From Enoplolaimus lenunculus (Eukaryota): a stretch of 64,000 nt of DNA. Shown here piece by piece: positions 56,501-64,000 of this stretch. Position 1 is the first letter of the stretch, and each line of letters opens with the position of its first letter. The notes beneath the pieces were generated by a model that had not been told where the DNA came from, made no database searches, and worked only from the letters and a program-made list of their open reading frames with translations. The DNA lies in NCBI GenBank assembly GCA_030248215.1, contig JASANG010002092.1:434001-498000 (forward strand), given 5' to 3'. The position numbers were made by a program, and so were the translations under genes.

Positions 56501-59500
56501 TTTGACCAAGAGTTGCAAATTGTACTCGGTGGCTGTGTTCGGCTCAAACGCTATATTTTCCCGATGCACTGTTACGCGCTCAACGAAAGCCATACATTCC
56601 GTGTGTTGTTTCCGTTCGAGATGTTTCCATTTCCGCGCGATAGAGATTATGGGTTCTTGTTATTTATTGGGGTAGCGAAATTCGCATCTCAGCAGGTTCT
56701 TGTGCGGTTCTCTGGAACATGTCCAATAGCGTCTGCAACCCTGAATGATACAACGTTAAAACCTGTTCAGGAGGTTAGTTTTGCACTTCAGAACAACATC
56801 TGTTCGTTTAGTGCGCCAATAATTTTTGGACGGTTGCCACCAATTTGTATGAGTGTTGGAAGATACAAGTTTTAAACTGTACACTCGTTATCCCCAACAC
56901 CCGTGAAAACAGGTGGCACCCACTCAAAAATTATTGTGAGCGCCGCATAATAACATTTATCGTTTAATCTTAACGAACTTTTTTGTCATTGTTGAGGGAT
57001 GTCAATTAATAGTAAATGTGCTTTTATATCAACAAGGCCTAGTTTTTGGGATATGGGGTGTGATTGTAATATTATTAATTTTGTAACACAGCGAACTATT
57101 CCGGTCTGCACTACGATGTATACCTTCCTATGTTCGTGGTTACCTAAGCAAGAAAATACTCTATACTTCTAACAGGACCTGCACAGTGCATACACTAATC
57201 AGATAAGCCAGTTTTCCCACGCCCAAAATGGAATACGTACACAATTTAGAACTTCCAAGACGATCACAAACCGCTTTGATGAAAAAATGATACGTACTAC
57301 TGTCACCCCAAAATGAAATTGAAATCAAATGGACCATGTTCAAGAACAATTCAAAATATTAAACTGCTACGGCAACCCTTACGGTGCCAGAACAAACCAA
57401 CGTCGACTAATATACGTAAACACCCAATTACGAGATTACCAAATGGTACTGAATAAATAAAACTAGACTGTCCTTGCGGAACATTCGAATTTTTCTGTCA
57501 ATAGGTAGTTTGCAATATCACTAAGATAATACACGCACCGACACCCGTGACCACAAAATTCAGACAAAATTTCACACAGGCGGGTCTGCTAAGTGTCTAA
57601 TAAATTTCAGTTACACTTCTCAAAAATTGTTGCTCCAAGCTAGTTAAGGTCTCCAAAATTTCATTAAAAAGGTCAACTTCGAAGATTAAGCCTGTACCGT
57701 ACTGAAATTACTCTAACAATACTCCAAAAATTATATAAATCACAGACCGCAAGCAAGTAAACTTAGGTAACGTCGACAAATAAACAACTCTGCTGGTACA
57801 TAAATTCAAAACTCTGACTGACAGAACTGTAAAACACGACGCATGCGACTAACTCAGAACCCATTACTCAAGTCCTTCGCGGATTCCTTTTATATCACAG
57901 ATTCTAAAGGGCAACAAAAATTCCTAGACTTACCCGTGATCTTTCGGTAAAATTTTTACTCTTTTAAAATCTCTAATTTTCTATCTAAATTTTAAACGAT
58001 TATAACGCAAAACTTTCGTATTTTGACGGCTCAAACAGTTTTTTAACTAAAATTTAAACTTTAAAATTCTTTAAAAACTAAAGGAGTGTACTGTTTAGAC
58101 TAAAAGTACTTCTTTTCAAAACATTTTTGCCCTTTCAAATGGCATCTTTCCGAGAAATGCGAATGTTTTGGCTTCTCAAGACTGTCTCAGTGGTTCACGA
58201 ATTTAAAGATTTACCATATTGTAGTACTTCTAAAAAGGGAGTTAAAAGTTAACCATTCACATTAAATTGGGTTAAAGTTGAAACAAGATATATACGCTGC
58301 CAGATAGTCAAAGAGAAACAGGGCTGGGTTAATAAAATTGCCATGATTTAATTTACTACTTGTCAGTCATTTTCACCCCACGTATTGCCTAACTTCGGTA
58401 TCTAACACTACTAACTTTACAAAAATCTTAAAACTGTCTTGCAGACATAAATGAAATCATACAATACGTAAAAACCACAATGCCCGGGCACGCTTTATTA
58501 ATAAAGTTGCGGGGTCTAATCAAAAATACCAGTTTGTCAAGAATTAACCCTTCGTCCGGTGGATAAAAATTACATCAAACCGGTCATCACCACAATTCCA
58601 TTGAGATACAATGCTAAATCAAACAATGATAGTCACTACAAGTCGGTTGTTCCCCTAAACATATAAAAACTACGTACAGAGGTTTTTTACGTGGTACGAA
58701 CTTGAACGCGAATAATAAATTCTTTCAGGATTGCAAAAGGGTAACAGCACTTTAAATTCAGAATTCAAGCAACCTGCATCACAAGCAATTTACACACACT
58801 TAATTAGGGGAGAGTAATAATGGTCACTTAATTGGTGTTGCTCAATTACTACTTCCCCACCCATTTAATTGGCAAACCCTCATACGGTAGGACTAACGCA
58901 TTACTAATTTCAGATATTTAAGACAATGTGCCGCATTATTCCTCCCGGGCACAACTAAAACTAGAATAATACCAAGCCTATGCATCGTACATTTTACACA
59001 AGCAAGCCCAATGATCTAGCCCATACCACACAAAAAAATAAATTTTTATTTTTATAATAGTCAAAACATTTTTCAAAAGCAAGCCAGCACCGCCCACATA
59101 TCAATTTTTAATTCAGGAAGGCAACTTCATTTACACGTTTTGGCCTCTCAAAGATGGCAATAATGATCTCGTGATACGTTGTAATACAAATCGGAGCTCT
59201 CAGGTAACTAAAACTGCATAGGAAAATTCTCAGGCACCTAGAACGCAGGTAAGTGTGGGTAGTTGTTAAAATAATTTCTTCAAAAATGCTCAAGATTATT
59301 TTGGCTTTATGCTGCTTTGTACTTTTATTCTAGTGAATGGCATTTGTTAATTGTTTACTTGGATTTTGTTATAGCCTTTTTCGCTGCAGTGAGATCACCG
59401 CTAGACTATAAGACCTTCACCTCATGTTGTTGTATGGACCATACGTGTAGCAACTGTTTAACTAACACTTCACATTGTGTATGATTTCATATTCAATCAT

Positions 59501-59967
59501 AATGCAATGTTGTTTCGAGTATACTCTATGCACGAATGGTTTATATACTATGAAACTGTTTTTGCATTAACCCTTTTCGCGTGAAAAATTTCTGAAATTT
59601 GAACTTCGGGACTCTCGGTTAGAGGGAACTTACAAATCTTCACCGCTTAAATAAAAAGGCTTGGCTTGACACGTTAGTCCGAGGAACTTTCACGTCAAGT
59701 TGATATTTTGTACGGTGCATGCACGCGTAACAGTTGGTATAAACTGCGCATTGTGTATTACGTCTAGATAACGTTGTTTTGTTCAGAATATTCTCTTTGC
59801 ATACGAAAAGGTATTATATTCAGATGAAATTGCTTATCCAAGCATTCCTCGTTCAAATTCGTAACTACGGACAGGAAAGCATGATAGTAATGGATCCTGA
59901 AGCCAGTGCAATGGTTCATCATCAAATGCTCGCTGGAGTATCACAGTCACCGAATATAATGTCCTAG
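47556..59967 (+). CDS. MPHOSPH8: M-phase phosphoprotein 8-like (chromodomain + ankyrin repeats + MPP8 C-terminal domain), about 19 exons, about 975 aa
   Basis: Exons: 47556-47639, 48027-48143, 49361-49574, 49825-49953, 50290-50465, 50899-51064, 51502-51693, 52218-52285, 52904-53263, 53649-53757, 54008-54196, 54350-54402, 54839-54995, 55287-55438, 55861-55947, 56111-56265, 56488-56773, 57092 to about 57147 (donor uncertain), 59787-59967. Chromodomain DVFEVESILD..YRVRWKGWDENWDTWEP; ankyrins GNTLLM, LLVHHGANVN, GDTALSLAA, GETPLSIAC. The C-terminal IFPMHC..LNES, GFLLFI, GTCPIASATLND and MKLLIQAFLVQ resemble the vertebrate MPP8 C-terminus. Linker exons are less certain. Confidence 0.85.
48851..49325. 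mobile_element. MITE with TIR CTGGYATTTCG
   Basis: TIRs with a duplicated taagtt flank; an inverted relative lies at about 36592-37310. Confidence 0.6.
52431..52503. repeat. (GTT)n/(CTT)n microsatellite
   Basis: Visible directly; possibly the tail of a minus-strand retroelement. Confidence 0.9.
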
Positions 59968-60090
59968 GCACAATTTTTTTGCCACAAAATATGTATTACT
60001 CTGTAAGAGGCACTGTGATTTAAAGTTTGTCGAATAATACATAAATTGGGAAATTTTTACAAAAATACTAAAAATGTCATTACCTAATTG

Positions 60091-61229
60091 CCGGTGTCAC
60101 AGAACGGTTTGTCCTCCAGGATAATTCTTTACCTAATAACAAGGGGCGGTTGAAAATTGTTCACAAAGTGCACCGAAGCATTTTAGATGGCTTACTAGCG
60201 AGGTTGAACTTTCCTGGGGGGGGGGAAATATCACCAGCGATAAGGGGCGGAATTCTGGCTACGGCCTGTTTCTACCCCAACCCGTCACATTGCGAATGCT
60301 TCCCCATGAAAAATCGTTATTCAGAACTATTTTCTCTCACGGCCGTTCCTCTCCATGGTTCTCACAATACACTTCTTTTCCGCGCACTAACTTTTCTGGT
60401 AGATCTTATTGTGTGCAGGTCCTTTATACCGTACACATCCATGGTCGCCTATTTTTGATAGATTATAGGCCCTGGCATAGGTAACCATATCAGGATGGGA
60501 ACAATAGTTCGGAATCGGTTTTATAGTGCTTCGGTAACGAAATATGCGCTAACTCAAAGTCAATCAAACATCATCCAAACGAACTTCATGAAACCAACTG
60601 GGGAATGCGTGGCATGTTGTTTCCTAAACATGCCGCAGCGGCGAAAAAATTCATTTATAGCCCTTCGTAACATTTCCATTCCATATAAACTGACGCAATA
60701 AATTTTTAAATTAGTTTTTCGGTTGCATGCAGATCTCATTTTGTCATATTTTCAACTTGTGTAACTGATGATTTTGTGAATCACTGCGGATTTGTGATAT
60801 CGTAACTTGAGAGGTATGAGAAGAGAGAGTCACTTTCACTGCTTGCAATTGTACTGCCAAATTTGTCCGAACCTGAAACAGATCCTAAATTCTGGTCCCA
60901 CCCTGCTTTGCATTTCTATGCTTGTGCTAGTGCCTAATCTGGCATAGGATAGTTGCTCCAATATGTACAGAAATATAAGTTTTTGTAAAAGTGAATAAGT
61001 TGGAAGAAATAGTGGTACCAGCAAAAAGCGCAGCGAAACGGTCGTCGTAGAAAATAGTTCTGGACAACGATTTTCACGGGAGAGTGTTCGTCCTGCGACG
61101 GGTAGAAAAATTGTTCTATTTCGGTGGAGAAATACCAAAGGAGGATTTCTCACGGTAGAAGAAATTGTCCAAGGATGATTTCTCTGGGGCATTCCTCGGC
61201 CTGGGAAAACATGCTTCTGTGAGACCGGA
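60091..61229. mobile_element. Old element with long imperfect inverted arms
   Basis: 60297-60355 is inverted relative to 61035-61088; the ends ccggtgtcacagaa / ttctgtgagaccgg are inverted. Confidence 0.5.
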
Positions 61230-61661
61230 GGAGTTTGAGGTCGATTTTCTACAGTGAACCACGGTGGTACCTATAAATTACTTTCAAGTTCACTAAATTT
61301 CTTTGCAACAATAGTGTGCTAACCATGTAAATAAAATATAATGTATTGCAATTTATTGAGCGATCGAAGGTACATTGCAAGTCTTTACGCCTGCATTTTT
61401 GCTCAGCCATGTGTGAAATACCATTTCAGTCTTATCACCTCCTGTCTCGCATGAACTTATGCTACTTTAAACGAAACAATGTATATTTCAGGTTCTAGTT
61501 GAACTAGCAACTGACGGCTAGGAAGCGTTTGTTTCCACAACTGCGAGCTACAATGGATATTTTTATTTGTGGCGTGCAGTTTTCCAGCGGGACAATAGTG
61601 TGTAGAATACTTTTAATTACGCTGTTGTTTCCTGCCGTTTATGTTTGCTTGCTGAATCGTA

Positions 61662-61788
61662 CACTGCATAAATGGTGAGTAAAATGACTCCGGAATGAGC
61701 CGAATTTACTCTGGCGGAGTCGAATGTGACTCAAGTCCCGAAAAGTCTATTTCGGAGAGAGTAGTTCGACTCACTATTTTTTGCAGTG
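61662..61788. mobile_element. CACTG-terminated MITE, internally deleted copy
   Basis: TA-CACTGCA...TGCAGTG-TA; similar to 62517-62717. Confidence 0.75.
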
Positions 61789-62516
61789 TATATGGAACAT
61801 GATGAACAAGATCATCCCTATTTCGGGCAAGCGGGAAAACGAGACGGGCCTGTATTTTCCGTTGAAATCGGAAATATAGTAGTGTACATTTTCGCAAAGA
61901 AAACGACAGAATGGGCACCAATATATTTGCGTTGGAAAAATGATACAGCCGTTTCCAACAAACATAAGAACTGGACAGCATTATATTTTAGCAAATATTA
62001 AAACTGGAAGATAATCCAGCTATGCTTTTCGTTGCCCAAAATATGAACAACTACATTTTATAGTCTTCGCGTTGCTCAAACCGTAGTAAAGTTGCTATAC
62101 TGTTTTACGCTCAAAATTAGTCGTAAATCACGTAAATATTGTACTAACCAGCAATTCGGCCATGTAAAGATCAGGGGCGAACGTTTTTCTGTGGGACTAG
62201 AATAGAGTAAGCTTAAGGTTTAGACTAATTTTTTGCCTGGCTTAGGCTAAGGTATATACTTTAATGCTGTTCCACCCCTGTTCTATACATTGGCCAACAA
62301 TTCTAACATATATGCGCAGTGCAAAATCTCAACAAGACGCGAGAGCCTATTGAGCTCGAGCGTCAACCTATTGCTGAGAGTGGTCATCGTATACCTCACA
62401 CCCAAGAGACTGGGGATCAAATCTAATAGTGAGCATAACGGGAATTCTGGTCACCGATTTTTACTGGACACGGATACCCGGATACAGTCTGCCGTGTGCA
62501 TAATATGTTGCATATA

Positions 62517-62717
62517 CACTGCAAAAAATGGTGAGTCAAATTGACTCTCTCCGAAATAGGCTTTTTCTGATTACACAAACTGAGTCAAAGTTTGACTCCG
62601 CCTGAGTCACGTTCGACACAATTTGACTCTGGTGGAGTCGAATTTTGACTCAGTTTGTGTAAGTCAGAAAAAGCCTATTTCAGAGAGAGTCAATTTGACT
62701 CACCATTTTTTGCAGTG
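62517..62717. mobile_element. CACTG-terminated foldback MITE (CMC/EnSpm-like)
   Basis: Near-perfect inverted arms of about 85 bp beginning CACTGCAAAAAATGGTGAGTCAAATTGACTC; TA duplication. Confidence 0.9.
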
Positions 62718-64000
62718 TACATAAAATTTTTGTCAGTGGTCTCTTGTTGATTGCGTTAACACAGTATAATGCAGATCATACGGAAGTATTTTGAGTTACA
62801 CTTCTAATGCATGGGCACCCCCAAACTTGTGTCGCAACTTTATCTAGCTTCAATTTGAAAATTAGATCTCAACAATCTGCATTTGCTGTGCACCAAAAGT
62901 TGTTTTACACATACTTCTGTATAAAATTCAATTTTTTAGTTTTAAAACAATTAATTTTGCGCCGCCCACTGATAGTTTATACGCAAGCAATGCAATTGAG
63001 CAAGTTGCATGATGCAAGTATACGGTCAGAATGTAAAGCGAACACTAACATTTTTTGTGTTGTTTGTTACATTTGAGATTGTTTTTTTACTTTTAATTAC
63101 TAATCCAACAGTGTCTTCTGGATGTTTTTCGAGCTCCTATAGAATTTTTCAATTTTTAACGACTTCTTATCAATTATAGCTTTATGAAATAATAAATATG
63201 CAACTGCGACCAGCAATTCTAATTTTTGTACTTCTTTCAATGGGTAAGTACATCGAATCGAGTTGTTTGCATACAAATGTATGCTTTACACGCTAAGTGT
63301 GTTTCAAGAAGTGTTTTAATTGTTATTGGTATTAACATTATTGGACAATCTTAGTTTTAACTGAATGTGTTCTGAAAAATTATCTGTAAAATTCAGTTAA
63401 TGACGTTGCGTAAAATCCCCATGAATACTTATTCACAATTTCTGCAATACATCTTAGTACATAGCGTCTCTCTGAGCAGTGCAAATGTCAATTTGAATTT
63501 TAAACCACCCTGTACGTAAGGTTAATTGTACCATGCCTCATATAGTTACGAACCGTGCTACAACCACCGTGCCTTTAGTGCATAACTGTTCCGCACACTT
63601 AATGCACTGTTAATGGATACCCCAGCATGCCTTAACCGTTTGATGCCCGGTTATAATGCACGTTGCAGCATGCCTTAGTTGTGTCTCAAATGAGCCGAAC
63701 GGCTATGCCGCACAGCATGGCTGTATACGAATGAAAACAACACACTAATTTATAAAATTTTAACACGCCAGTCAGGTTTTTTCCGGCTGTCCTGTTTTAA
63801 ACGCTAATTCACACCCCGAACCAGCGCGAATCAAGTAAAATCCTTCTAAGACATCCACTAAAGTTTCCCTAAGGGTATAAACTCAAGTTTTTAACCCTCT
63901 GTTGATTACTAGTGCTCAATGGGTCTGTTGTGCAATGGGGCCAAGCTGAAATTTAAGTTTTTTGCAGGAATAGAATGGGTATGAGCATACATGTTGAACA

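Overview
AT-rich, intron-rich animal genomic DNA. A nematode, possibly a basal lineage, is my inference from TTAGGC-type repeats and AG acceptors directly before start codons. I reconstructed three spliced genes by hand with phase-consistent GT-AG junctions. NOB1 lies on the minus strand (10 exons, 2835-13697). UTP14 is on the plus strand, head-to-head with NOB1 (17 exons, 24615-44693). A full-architecture MPP8/MPHOSPH8-like gene (chromodomain, long linker, ankyrin repeats, MPP8-type C-terminal domain) follows on the plus strand (about 19 exons, 47556-59967). Non-coding DNA is dense in transposon relics: a decayed LOA/R1-like LINE in UTP14 intron 2, a 5'-truncated RNase H-bearing LINE, many hAT-like MITEs with 8-bp TSDs, CACT-terminated elements, GGCC-terminated MITEs carrying telomere-like repeats, and a piggyBac-like MITE carrying a tRNA-like module. 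The most notable observations are the HUSH-subunit-like gene in an invertebrate, a clean pseudoknot motif in UTP14 intron 8, and a possible degenerate HDV-like ribozyme at the exact 5' end of the LINE. Homology calls rest on motifs recalled from memory; no database searches were run.
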